The translations under genes and the position numbers were made by a program. From a virus (lineage: Duplodnaviria; Heunggongvirae; Uroviricota; Caudoviricetes): 52,139 nt of DNA. Below are positions 9,008 to 17,619 of this stretch, piece by piece. The stretch lies in IMG/VR virus record IMGVR_UViG_2541047752_000007, positions 1 through 52,139 of that record. One strand, written 5' to 3'. Numbering within the stretch: the first letter of the stretch is position 1; every line of letters starts with the position of its first letter. Below the pieces are notes generated by a model. The model had not been told where the DNA came from. It made no database searches and was given only the letters and a program-made list of their open reading frames with translations.

Positions 9008-9298
9008 ATGAGCGTTACAATTATATATGGTAAATGTGATAGCAAAATGAATGCCAGGGAACGCAGAAGGATAAAAAGAGAAAACGAAAGAAAATCATCA
9101 CCTGCAATCAATAAAACAGACAATGTGGATAAAGCTATTCGATTTGCAAACGAGGAAAGATGCAAACCAAATAGCATTAAAGAACGTCGCAAAGGATCAG
9201 TAAAATGGTATACGGAAAATGAAAGCGGCAGCTACTACCACGCAACGCAACCACGCCATTTAGGGGAAAAACCCCTGGATAAAGTCCGCTACCATTAA
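9008..9298 (+). CDS. basic protein with arginine-rich N-terminal motif, possible N-like antiterminator
   Basis: 96 aa; NARERRRIKRENERK resembles an arginine-rich RNA-binding motif; first gene after promoter and long leader. Confidence 0.35.
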   Translation: MSVTIIYGKCDSKMNARERRRIKRENERKSSPAINKTDNVDKAIRFANEERCKPNSIKERRKGSVKWYTENESGSYYHATQPRHLGEKPLDKVRYH

Positions 9299-9328
9299 TA
9301 CAAAATGTAAACATCCGGAGATGACATT

Positions 9329-9451
9329 ATGGTTATTCAGGCGCTTCAATTCAAACTGGCAGTAGCGGAAATGCTTCACGATGCCGAAATGTGGAGCGCC
9401 GCGAATAAAGCCTTATACATAGTGTTAACAGCACGGGAGATTAAATGGTGA
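9329..9451 (+). CDS. hypothetical small protein (40 aa)
   Basis: Hand-translated MVIQALQFKLAVAEMLHDAEMWSAANKALYIVLTAREIKW; GGAG RBS; stop overlaps erf start. Confidence 0.3.
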   Translation: MVIQALQFKLAVAEMLHDAEMWSAANKALYIVLTAREIKW

Positions 9452-10089
9452 AAACAGAGTTACATAAAAAGCTATGGACGATTCAGCAAACGCTGAACGC
9501 GCCGAAAAATCAGCGTAATAATTTTGGTGGATATAATTACAGGTCGGCGGAGGATATTTTAGAGGCGGTTAAACCACTGCTTCAAAATATCACGCTGACT
9601 GTTAGTGATGAAATTGTCCTGATCGGCAATCGCTATTATGTGAAAGCAACGGCGACGCTAAGCGACGGTGAAGACGTAATAGCGGTAACTGCTTATGCCA
9701 GGGAGGAAGAAAACAAGAAGGGTATGGACGCCAGCCAGCTAACAGGAGCAACATCAAGTTACGCGCGTAAATATGCTTTGAACGGTTTATTCTGTATAGA
9801 TGATGCTCGCGATCCTGATACTGATGCTTACGCGAAGCAGACAGGCCAGCAGCCGCGACAACAGAAAAACCCACCAAAACAACAACCGCAGCAGAAGAAA
9901 GCGCCGCCAAATCCTGATGAAGTATTAGCACGTTTCTGTGATGCAGCAGCGAAAGCGCAGGACGCTAACAAGCTGCGTGAAATATTTGGCAAATGCTGGA
10001 AATTACTACCGGAAGGATCGGAACATCGAATCAAGGCAAAAGATGTTTATGACATCCGGGTCGCAGAGCTTAACGGGGAGATGGGTTAA
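9445..10089 (+). CDS. erf: ERF-family single-strand annealing protein
   Basis: 214 aa; NFGGYNYRSAEDILEAVKPLL and overall ERF-like pattern; followed directly by ssb. Confidence 0.8.
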   Translation: MVKTELHKKLWTIQQTLNAPKNQRNNFGGYNYRSAEDILEAVKPLLQNITLTVSDEIVLIGNRYYVKATATLSDGEDVIAVTAYAREEENKKGMDASQLTGATSSYARKYALNGLFCIDDARDPDTDAYAKQTGQQPRQQKNPPKQQPQQKKAPPNPDEVLARFCDAAAKAQDANKLREIFGKCWKLLPEGSEHRIKAKDVYDIRVAELNGEMG

Positions 10090-10508
10090 TGAGTTTGAAT
10101 TCAATTACGCTGGGCGGGAATATCGGAAACGACATGGAAGTTCGCTACACGCAAAACGGTAAAGCGATTGGTAGTTTTCCGTTAGCTGTAACGAATGGCT
10201 ACGGTGATAACAAGCGGACAATGTGGATCACTTGCCTGGTATTTGGTGAGCGTGCGGAAAAATTAGCGCCACATATCCGCAAGGGTGGAAAAATAGTGGT
10301 AAGCGGTCGCCTGGATGTTCGGCAATATGACCGGAACGACGGCACGAAGGGGACTGCGGTAGAAGTGGCGGTTAATGAATTTGAATTCATGAATGTTAAC
10401 CAACAAGGCCAGCAGCAAGGACAGCAGCAGAAAGCGCCGCCGCAGCAGCAGAATAATAACGGGAATAATCCGCCTCCGATGGACTTCGACGACGATATTC
10501 CTTTTTAG
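10089..10508 (+). CDS. ssb: single-stranded DNA-binding protein
   Basis: 139 aa; OB-fold N-terminus, Gln/Gly-rich linker, acidic tail DFDDDIPF. Confidence 0.9.
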   Translation: MSLNSITLGGNIGNDMEVRYTQNGKAIGSFPLAVTNGYGDNKRTMWITCLVFGERAEKLAPHIRKGGKIVVSGRLDVRQYDRNDGTKGTAVEVAVNEFEFMNVNQQGQQQGQQQKAPPQQQNNNGNNPPPMDFDDDIPF

Positions 10509-10524
10509 AATCAATGTGTTAGCG

Positions 10525-10803
10525 ATGAGTGATTATCTAAAACCGCCACCGCAACCACGAACAAAAGAGCAAGTATTAAAAGAAGCCCGCGATCAAATCG
10601 ATCGCGGGCTTTTTTTATGCGGCACGGCAGCGGATCGAATGGCGAAAAGATTTAGTGACCTGTACGCGAAGCAAATCTGGTTTGACAACTGGCGAGCGAG
10701 TTCTTACCCGCTACAGAAAACTGATGATATGCAGTGGCCTGAATATGTTGATCCACGAATGCGCAAATATCGCGGGCGTATGGGCAAGGTTATTAACGAT
10801 TAA
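10525..10803 (+). CDS. hypothetical protein (ORF spans a terminator-like hairpin)
   Basis: ORF-track frame 10393-10803 with first ATG at 10525; contains hairpin 10585-10617. Confidence 0.35.
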   Translation: MSDYLKPPPQPRTKEQVLKEARDQIDRGLFLCGTAADRMAKRFSDLYAKQIWFDNWRASSYPLQKTDDMQWPEYVDPRMRKYRGRMGKVIND

Positions 10804-10815
10804 TGAGGTATTACC

Positions 10816-11067
10816 ATGACAGCTACAACATTAAGCGAAAATAACGGGCGCGGTTTTCAGGGGACTGCGGAAACCTCAGACGATGGTGATGTATTTGTCG
10901 AATTCGGTGGCGGTAACTATGAATTCGAAACGTCGGCGGGCTGGCACGATAAATGGCCTTTCCCGACGCGCAAGGAATTAAGCGAACGTAAATCATTTGG
11001 CGAAGATGCCGAACGGCTGGCTAATAACAAATGGCTTGATAAGTTCATTGCGGAGGGTGGCAAATGA
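10816..11067 (+). CDS. hypothetical protein
   Basis: 83 aa acidic ORF. Confidence 0.4.
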   Translation: MTATTLSENNGRGFQGTAETSDDGDVFVEFGGGNYEFETSAGWHDKWPFPTRKELSERKSFGEDAERLANNKWLDKFIAEGGK

Positions 11068-11171
11068 AAAAGATTGCAATGTTATCCGCCGCCGTTGCTG
11101 TGGCGGCTGTTTACCTTAGTGCGTCACTCTATATCACTGTGGCGATTGTTAAGCTGATTACTGACATGTGA
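11064..11171 (+). CDS. small single-TM peptide (35 aa)
   Basis: MKKIAMLSAAVAVAAVYLSASLYITVAIVKLITDM; GGAGGGTGG RBS; ATGA overlap with upstream stop. Confidence 0.4.
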   Translation: MKKIAMLSAAVAVAAVYLSASLYITVAIVKLITDM

Positions 11172-11178
11172 GGTTTAT

Positions 11179-11295
11179 ATGCGAGTCGACAAAAATACTG
11201 TCAAGGCTGTTTTCTGTGTGGTCGCTTTCGTCTTCATGGTGGTAATAGCTGGCGCGACTGCGGCAATTATTAGCTATATCGGCGGGGTGATGTGA
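11179..11295 (+). CDS. small single-TM peptide (38 aa)
   Basis: MRVDKNTVKAVFCVVAFVFMVVIAGATAAIISYIGGVM; GAGG RBS. Confidence 0.4.
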   Translation: MRVDKNTVKAVFCVVAFVFMVVIAGATAAIISYIGGVM

Positions 11296-11567
11296 TGCCA
11301 TTCATGAATATCAAAACGGGTGATCTGGTCGTGCTCCCGGAATACCGTAAAGACCCTGGTCTGGTTGTGCTGAATAAGACATATAACGATCTTGAGCGTC
11401 CGATCCTGGTTAAATATCTGGACGGAACAATTATAGAGCCGCGCTTCTTTGACAAGATCGAACTGAAGGCCCGTAATGTTCGCGTTAAGCCGTTCCGGGC
11501 TTATGTTGAAGACCACTGGCGGAAATTGTTCGCCGGACTGAATGGGATGTTCGGCGTATGGCTATAA
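11295..11567 (+). CDS. hypothetical protein
   Basis: 90 aa ORF, ATG at 11295. Confidence 0.4.
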   Translation: MPFMNIKTGDLVVLPEYRKDPGLVVLNKTYNDLERPILVKYLDGTIIEPRFFDKIELKARNVRVKPFRAYVEDHWRKLFAGLNGMFGVWL

Positions 11568-11749
11568 AATTGGTAAAAGTTAAAGATTTAAAAGGCGGCG
11601 AAAAGATCCGTACGTGGTATGGGTATAAATTTATCATAGCTGCCTTTTCTTTTGGGCCTGGTGGTCAGGTAACATTATTTGACGAGGAAGATGATGAGGT
11701 GGGTCAATGGCATCTTGAACAATATGTTGAGGTGTTAAATGAAAATTAA
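11558..11749 (+). CDS. hypothetical protein
   Basis: 63 aa ORF. Confidence 0.35.
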   Translation: MAIKLVKVKDLKGGEKIRTWYGYKFIIAAFSFGPGGQVTLFDEEDDEVGQWHLEQYVEVLNEN

Positions 11750-12071
11750 ATTCCATAAAGCATATGATAGCGAAACAAACAAGCTATCACTATTTATCGA
11801 ATTCGAACGCCGGATCGTGGTTGTGCCCTGGGCGCGGCGCTTCAATGACGCTGGCGGACGTAGACAATTCGCGGTCGATATGCTGTTACGCGGCTGCGGC
11901 CTTATGCGTCCGCTATCTGATTTAAAACGAATGATGCCGGGATCGTTCGGTCAGATTGATGAAATAGAAATAAGCCCGGAAGAACTGAAACGGGAGCGTG
12001 ATTTATTCCTTTCAAGCGAAGGAAACCCGTTTAATTCAGAAACTGAAATGAAATGGCATCACCCACTATAA
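11739..12071 (+). CDS. hypothetical protein
   Basis: 110 aa ORF. Confidence 0.4.
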   Translation: MKIKFHKAYDSETNKLSLFIEFERRIVVVPWARRFNDAGGRRQFAVDMLLRGCGLMRPLSDLKRMMPGSFGQIDEIEISPEELKRERDLFLSSEGNPFNSETEMKWHHPL

Positions 12072-12084
12072 AAGGATAAATATC

Positions 12085-12705
12085 ATGAACGACATCAAAA
12101 CAGCTTACTCTCTCGGTAATGAAGGTATGTTGATCACTCGCTATACAGATGATGCAAACTTTCACGAAGTGGAAATTAAAGATTATCACGAAGTATTGAA
12201 AGATATGGAAGCTGGCGCGTATGACGCTGATTTGAATCTGGCGCTACAGGTTGTTGATATTGTGATGGGTGCGTCAATCCGCGATTACGTGTCTTTAAGT
12301 ATGGAAGAAAAAACATCGGTAGCGCGTTATGTATTCTCTCTTACTTTTGTGAAGCGCATGGAGGAAGAATTCGGACGCGTACCAGTGCCGGAAGAGGTTG
12401 ATCCGCTCGCGTTCGGAAGTGCTGTCATTTTCCCGTTGAACAAGGAACAGCTTGGTAGTGTTTCACTGCATCCTATGCGCGGCCTGATGAAAAATATCTT
12501 TGAGGTTAAGATGTTGCAGAAATGCATTGAGGAAGGCCACAAAGAGGAAGAAGTAAAAGCGCTCATGCCATTGTTTTACGGTGAAATGGTTGGCAATGAT
12601 ATGCGTGCAAATGATTTCGGCGTACGGGCGGCTATCGCTGTGCTTAATGACGCACGGAAAAACGCACAGCCGACGCCTGAACAGGGAAAACGTGTACTGC
12701 ATTAA
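12085..12705 (+). CDS. hypothetical protein
   Basis: 206 aa ORF, no recognised motif. Confidence 0.45.
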   Translation: MNDIKTAYSLGNEGMLITRYTDDANFHEVEIKDYHEVLKDMEAGAYDADLNLALQVVDIVMGASIRDYVSLSMEEKTSVARYVFSLTFVKRMEEEFGRVPVPEEVDPLAFGSAVIFPLNKEQLGSVSLHPMRGLMKNIFEVKMLQKCIEEGHKEEEVKALMPLFYGEMVGNDMRANDFGVRAAIAVLNDARKNAQPTPEQGKRVLH

Positions 12706-12804
12706 CCGAGTAATTCCGATCACATAAATATACATTTTGTATTGTGATTGTATATCCGTTTTGTAAGCCGAAATCAAAAGGTTTACGGTGCGGAGGAAGC
12801 AAAA

Positions 12805-13023
12805 ATGGAACGCGAATTGATGCTTTATTGCGTAGAAGGTGGCGTAGGTCACGATGCCTACGTCGCCGGGAAAGACTATCCAGCCGATGAAGTGCTTTCT
12901 AATATGCACTTCAGAGAAAATGAAAGCCAGGTGTCTGTGTGGAAACGGTGTATTGATGGTATTGAGGTTGTAAGTATCGAACGGTATTTAGGCACGTTTG
13001 ATTACGGTGTTATTGAGGCTTAA
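12805..13023 (+). CDS. hypothetical protein
   Basis: ORF-track frame 12748-13023, ATG MERELML at 12805. Confidence 0.35.
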   Translation: MERELMLYCVEGGVGHDAYVAGKDYPADEVLSNMHFRENESQVSVWKRCIDGIEVVSIERYLGTFDYGVIEA

Positions 13024-13025
13024 TT

Positions 13026-13118
13026 ATGGACGATACATTGTTTTATATGTGCTGTTTCTGGGGTTTTATTGCCTTATACCTGTTTATCAGGTGGTTTATT
13101 GAATACCATATGAGGTAA
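13026..13118 (+). CDS. small hydrophobic peptide (30 aa)
   Basis: MDDTLFYMCCFWGFIALYLFIRWFIEYHMR; GAGG RBS 8 nt upstream. Confidence 0.35.
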   Translation: MDDTLFYMCCFWGFIALYLFIRWFIEYHMR

Positions 13119-13121
13119 TGT

Positions 13122-13316
13122 ATGGAACAAGAAACTGATTATCGAATACCTGATAGCCTAAAATTAGTTGGCATTGGTTTCGGGTGTAGATTTGTATCTG
13201 ACGCAAAAGGAGCGATTTATTTAATACGTCTTATTGATGGCGTTCAACATATAAGGAGATTAGGAATTTACATCAAAGCATTCAGAAGAGGTTATTTAAA
13301 AACTCATGAAATTTAA
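13122..13316 (+). CDS. hypothetical protein
   Basis: 64 aa ORF. Confidence 0.35.
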   Translation: MEQETDYRIPDSLKLVGIGFGCRFVSDAKGAIYLIRLIDGVQHIRRLGIYIKAFRRGYLKTHEI

Positions 13317-13509
13317 ACATTACATGGAATGGAAAATTCCAGAAGCAGCAACAAAGGCAGCGCCAGGAAATTTTTCTGGCGTTTATTTTTATATGGATGG
13401 CAAATGGTATTTCGGCAGCAGGCCGGATCACTACTATCAAGAAATATGCAAGCCTCACGTATGGGATATTAAAGAGCGCGTGAAAGGCGGGGTAATTGAG
13501 GACGTTTAA
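13306..13509 (+). CDS. hypothetical protein
   Basis: 67 aa ORF. Confidence 0.35.
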   Translation: MKFKHYMEWKIPEAATKAAPGNFSGVYFYMDGKWYFGSRPDHYYQEICKPHVWDIKERVKGGVIEDV

Positions 13510-13510
13510 A

Positions 13511-13747
13511 ATGCTTAAGAGCTTTTTTAACTGGTTGGGGGTGTGGCTTTTGGCTACGCTTTTTGTTTTCCTGGCGGCCCTGACTGTTATCGGTGTTATT
13601 ATGCTGGGTGCTATGTTTATTACGTGGTCGCTTCCTGAATTTAACGACATTGGGAATATTCTTTTTGCAGCCCGCGCTTTATTGGCTGTTAGCGCATTCA
13701 TTGGTTTTTGCTGGACTGCCGCGCCGGATTGGACTGACACATGGTGA
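13511..13747 (+). CDS. small membrane protein (two predicted TM helices)
   Basis: MLKSFFNWLGVWLLATLFVFLAALTVIGVIMLGAMFITW...; GAGGA RBS. Confidence 0.4.
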   Translation: MLKSFFNWLGVWLLATLFVFLAALTVIGVIMLGAMFITWSLPEFNDIGNILFAARALLAVSAFIGFCWTAAPDWTDTW

Positions 13748-13751
13748 TCCT

Positions 13752-13985
13752 ATGGCCTTATTCAATATGTCAGAGCCGCAATTTAACGCCGTAAAGACTG
13801 CCGCCCGCGCCGCGCTTTCGGCCTGCAAAGCGGAGGTAGAGAAGAACGGCTACAGCGATAAAGCCACGCGGCTGATATTAGATAAGCATTATCGCAAGGT
13901 CGCCCCGCTAATCAGTATTGAGCGTTTTGTGTGGTTGGTGGGGTATCTGAATAACCGCTGGGGAACAGATCAGGATTATTTCTAA
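13752..13985 (+). CDS. hypothetical protein
   Basis: 77 aa, MALFNMSEP start. Confidence 0.35.
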   Translation: MALFNMSEPQFNAVKTAARAALSACKAEVEKNGYSDKATRLILDKHYRKVAPLISIERFVWLVGYLNNRWGTDQDYF

Positions 13986-13994
13986 GGGGGCGTA

Positions 13995-14534
13995 ATGAAA
14001 AATGATTACGGCGGCAGCCATACGCCGAAAGAAATAAAGGACTTATGGCAAACGCCAAAACCCGTTTTTAGAGGAATGGATCGGGAATTCGAGTTCGTCG
14101 CGGATGTGGCGGCAAACAAGGAAAACGCATTAATCCCGAGATATATAACCGAAGAAATGGACACGCTCCATTATCCGTGGGGAGCGGTGGCGATGCCTGG
14201 TGAGTATGTCTGGATGAATCCGCCATATTCTAATCCGGGACCATTCGTTGATAAGGCGGCGCTTGAACATCAACGAAATCACATTGGCTGTGTAATGCTA
14301 TTGCCCGCTGACATTTCTGTTAGCTGGTTTATGAACGGCGTGGAGACGGCAAACGAATGCCGATTAATCACGCGCGGGCGGCTGGCGTTTATCAATGCTG
14401 CAACAGGGAAACCAGTAAGCGGGAACAATAAGGGGAGCTTGTTCTTGATCTGGCATCCACGATGCAGACATGAATGTATTTTCACGCAGATAACACGTAA
14501 AGAGCTATATGCAAGAGGTGCAGATAATGACTAA
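13995..14534 (+). CDS. dam: phage-type DNA N6-adenine methyltransferase (Dam family)
   Basis: 179 aa; LWQTPKPVF N-terminus and catalytic NPPYS motif. Confidence 0.8.
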   Translation: MKNDYGGSHTPKEIKDLWQTPKPVFRGMDREFEFVADVAANKENALIPRYITEEMDTLHYPWGAVAMPGEYVWMNPPYSNPGPFVDKAALEHQRNHIGCVMLLPADISVSWFMNGVETANECRLITRGRLAFINAATGKPVSGNNKGSLFLIWHPRCRHECIFTQITRKELYARGADND

Positions 14535-14859
14535 GGCAGCAGATTTATTGAGACTTGCAGCGGAAACCATAGAGCAAAGAGGTAAACAAAACGGCTACGA
14601 CAAAAAAGAGGAAAAATCAGCGCCAAAAATAGCCACTATTTACAACGCTAAGAAGGGAGCAGATTTAACCCCGCTTGATGTATGGGATCTGCTAATTTGT
14701 CTCAAGGAGGCGCGTTTAGAGGCCATTTTAAGCAATAAATCAGATCCGACAGACACGCTAATTGATTTGATTAGCTATAACGCGCTAAAAGCGGAGCAAA
14801 TATTAACGGAGCGGGAGGAAGCCCAAAGAAAGAAACGGGCTGTTTTGATATACCGTTAA
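14527..14859 (+). CDS. hypothetical protein
   Basis: 110 aa from ATG 14527 (GAGGTG RBS). Confidence 0.4.
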   Translation: MTKAADLLRLAAETIEQRGKQNGYDKKEEKSAPKIATIYNAKKGADLTPLDVWDLLICLKEARLEAILSNKSDPTDTLIDLISYNALKAEQILTEREEAQRKKRAVLIYR

Positions 14860-14925
14860 ATTGCGGCTGTAAGAATGCCTCAATACCAGGCGACTTAATC
14901 GCCAGCAGCAAGGTAACGCTAAATA

Positions 14926-15501
14926 GTGTCCTTGCAAACAGGCTTGATGGTAAGTGTGATAACGAATCACTACTACGCGCGGCGGGGTATCATAAAAATG
15001 GAAAGGGTGACAATTGACAGGTTATTGGCCTGCATTTATGTCGCCGTTTTCGTGATCATTAACCTTATTGTTAACCACTGCGGCCCGTGGGTAATTCCGA
15101 TCACCACGGTAGCCGCCGTGTGCGTCAATATGATGATCCGTGACTTCCTGTTATATGACGGCGGCCTGAAATGGTCGGCTACAACATGCGCCGCCGCTGG
15201 CGCAATCACGGTGCTGATAAACTACGATGCCGGGATGGTGGCGATCGCGTCATTCGTCGCGGTTGTTTCCGGTGCGCTTATTTCTGGCGGTGTTTACCGG
15301 ATTTTACCTGGCGATTTCGATTCAAAACGCTGGCCTGCGAATATAGCGTCCGCCATTGGTGATGCGTTAATTTTTCCCACGCTATCGTTTATGGCATTTA
15401 TGCCGGAAATATCAGCTATGCAATTCATCTCAAAAATGGCGGCTGTAACGGTGATCACTATCATCATTCGTCGCTATTTTACGTTCGAGGGTAGGAAATG
15501 A
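14926..15501 (+). CDS. integral membrane protein (4-5 predicted TM helices)
   Basis: Hydrophobic segments throughout; likely start ATG 14998 (MERVTIDRLL). Confidence 0.5.
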   Translation: MSLQTGLMVSVITNHYYARRGIIKMERVTIDRLLACIYVAVFVIINLIVNHCGPWVIPITTVAAVCVNMMIRDFLLYDGGLKWSATTCAAAGAITVLINYDAGMVAIASFVAVVSGALISGGVYRILPGDFDSKRWPANIASAIGDALIFPTLSFMAFMPEISAMQFISKMAAVTVITIIIRRYFTFEGRK

Positions 15502-16262
15502 GTGGGCTTAGAAATTGGGTGGTGTGGTCGCTGTACGACGGCAGCGGGTACGCCGTTAAAGATTGGGCCGACGCTGGCTATAAGTGTTATTGTTTCAATT
15601 ATGACGGCGCTAATCATGGCGATTATGAAGGCGTCAAGATCATTCATCCTAACATTGAATATGTCAACGTATGGATTGACAGCCATTTCCTGGTAATGTT
15701 CTCCCCTGAATTGTCTGTTTATCCAGATCCTGACATTATCCTGGGCTTTCCTCCGTGCGACGATCTTGCGGTGTCCGGCGCTCGTTGGTTTTCAAGCAAG
15801 CGTGAAAAAGATCCTTACTTCCAGCAGAAGGCGGCATACAACGCAAAACTGGTAGAAACGCTTGCTGACATGTACCACGTCCCGTGGATGGTGGAAAACC
15901 CGGTTGGAGCACTGTCAACGTTATGGCGTAAGCCGGATTTCATTTTTAATCCGTGCGCTTACGGTGGCTACCTGCCGGAAGATGATAAGCATCCAGCTTT
16001 CCCGGAATACATCGCCGACCGCGACGCCTACACGAAGAAAACTTGTATCTGGTGCGGCAACGGATTTAAACAGCCGCTATTTCGGCCTGTACCAATGCCT
16101 GATGAGTGGGAAGATAGTAAGCAGCACGCGAAGTTAGGCGGGAAGTCGAAGCGCACTAAGATGATCCGCTCACTCACGCCGCGAGGATTCGCCCGTGCTG
16201 TATTCCTGGCTAATGACCGGGCAATCACGCGGACTACTCTTAACCGCGTTTTACCGGATTGA
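15498..16262 (+). CDS. compact DNA cytosine-5 methyltransferase-like protein
   Basis: 254 aa; motif I-like SLYDGSGY, PC motif GFPPCDDLAVSG, ENV motif WMVENPVG; no obvious target-recognition domain. Confidence 0.5.
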   Translation: MSGLRNWVVWSLYDGSGYAVKDWADAGYKCYCFNYDGANHGDYEGVKIIHPNIEYVNVWIDSHFLVMFSPELSVYPDPDIILGFPPCDDLAVSGARWFSSKREKDPYFQQKAAYNAKLVETLADMYHVPWMVENPVGALSTLWRKPDFIFNPCAYGGYLPEDDKHPAFPEYIADRDAYTKKTCIWCGNGFKQPLFRPVPMPDEWEDSKQHAKLGGKSKRTKMIRSLTPRGFARAVFLANDRAITRTTLNRVLPD

Positions 16263-16422
16263 TGTTTACAAAATGGCGTCATTGTGTGATGTGGATCACA
16301 TAATGGCGCTTTATTGTTTGTTCGCATGTATCCGTTTTGTATACTTCAAACAAACAAAATGCTCTTTAAAAATCCGGTAACGCTGAAATGCGTAAAAATC
16401 ACCTGAAAAAGGAGAGAGCATT

Positions 16423-16599
16423 ATGTCTTTTGAGAATTACCAATGGCATGACGACTATGAACGGGAAAGTGTCATGCGTGCAATGTGCAGTGTATGCAGC
16501 ACGAAGAAGGGAGAATGTAACGAGTGCAACGAATGCGTAGATCGCTTGCTAAGGGCTGGACACGCCGAAAGGCTGAACGAAACAGAGAATCAAGAATAA
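16423..16599 (+). CDS. small cysteine-rich protein (58 aa)
   Basis: MSFENYQWHDDYERESVMRAMCSVCSTKKGECNECNECVDRLLRAGHAERLNETENQE; below ORF-track cutoff. Confidence 0.3.
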   Translation: MSFENYQWHDDYERESVMRAMCSVCSTKKGECNECNECVDRLLRAGHAERLNETENQE

Positions 16600-16613
16600 T
16601 CGGGGTGGTTTTT

Positions 16614-17219
16614 ATGCAAAACCCTAAGAAACCAATAAGACGCCGTTGCAAATGCTGCGGCGTTTTTTTTGAGCCTAAATATCACAACCAGACGTGGTGC
16701 AGTGAAGAATGTCTGGAAGAACTGAAATTTGATCAGCTATGCCGCGACCGTGAAAAGGCAATGAAGGCGATGGAACGGAAGAAACGCCGTGACAGCCAGC
16801 GCGAGGAACGAAACCGGAAGCGGAAACAGTTAAATCCGCGCAGCTACTGGATCAAGCAAGTTCAAAATGTATTTAACGCCTATATCCGCGAACGTGACGC
16901 GCGGTTGCCGTGCATATCCTGCGGGACTTACTACGGTGAGCAATGCGGGTGGGATGCCGGACACTATAGGACGGTTGCCGCTGCCGGACACCTTCGCTTT
17001 AACGAAGATAATTGCCATAAACAATGTAGACACTGCAACCAGACGTTAGACGGCAACATCGGAGGTTATCGCCCGGCACTGATTAGAAAAATCGGCCTCG
17101 CCAGGGTGGTAGCACTGGAGAACAACAACGATACGCACAAATGGACGATCGCAGAATGTAAGGAGCTAATAAACATCTACCAGGCGAAATTGGACGCCTT
17201 AAGGAGAAAGGCAGCATGA
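16614..17219 (+). CDS. ninG: NinG/Rap recombination protein
   Basis: Start at MQNPKK; RRCKCCGVFFEP, PRSYWIKQ, LPCISCG, WDAGHYR, LRFNE, HKQC align with remembered lambda NinG. Confidence 0.8.
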   Translation: MQNPKKPIRRRCKCCGVFFEPKYHNQTWCSEECLEELKFDQLCRDREKAMKAMERKKRRDSQREERNRKRKQLNPRSYWIKQVQNVFNAYIRERDARLPCISCGTYYGEQCGWDAGHYRTVAAAGHLRFNEDNCHKQCRHCNQTLDGNIGGYRPALIRKIGLARVVALENNNDTHKWTIAECKELINIYQAKLDALRRKAA

Positions 17220-17617
17220 ATGAATATACTTTTAGCCTGCCTTACCCGCCATCGAATAACCGCTATTACCGACATTCGCGTGGTTTTCACTATATCAGCA
17301 AGGTAGGGAAAGAATACCGTGAACGAGTAAGAGACATCATCGAATTATTAAATTTAAACATCAACATATCTTGCCGACTGGCAATCATCATTTATGCCGC
17401 ACCGCCGGATAACAGGACCAGGGATCTCGATAATATCCCAAAATGCCTATTTGACAGCCTTACATATTCCGAATTCTGGAAAGACGACGGTCAGATCGAT
17501 TCTATAAAAATTGTTCGCTGCCGTAAGGTAAAAGGCGGGCGATTGTTTATCAAGGTGCGCGAACGCGGAGACCTGCTACCTGATATTAACGAATACGCAA
17601 CTAATATGTGGTGGTAA
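17216..17617 (+). CDS. rusA: RusA Holliday-junction resolvase
   Basis: 133 aa; LPYPPSNNRYYRH, RDLDNIPKCLFDSL, KGGRLFI match RusA. Confidence 0.85.
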   Translation: MNEYTFSLPYPPSNNRYYRHSRGFHYISKVGKEYRERVRDIIELLNLNINISCRLAIIIYAAPPDNRTRDLDNIPKCLFDSLTYSEFWKDDGQIDSIKIVRCRKVKGGRLFIKVRERGDLLPDINEYATNMWW

Positions 17618-17619
17618 CA

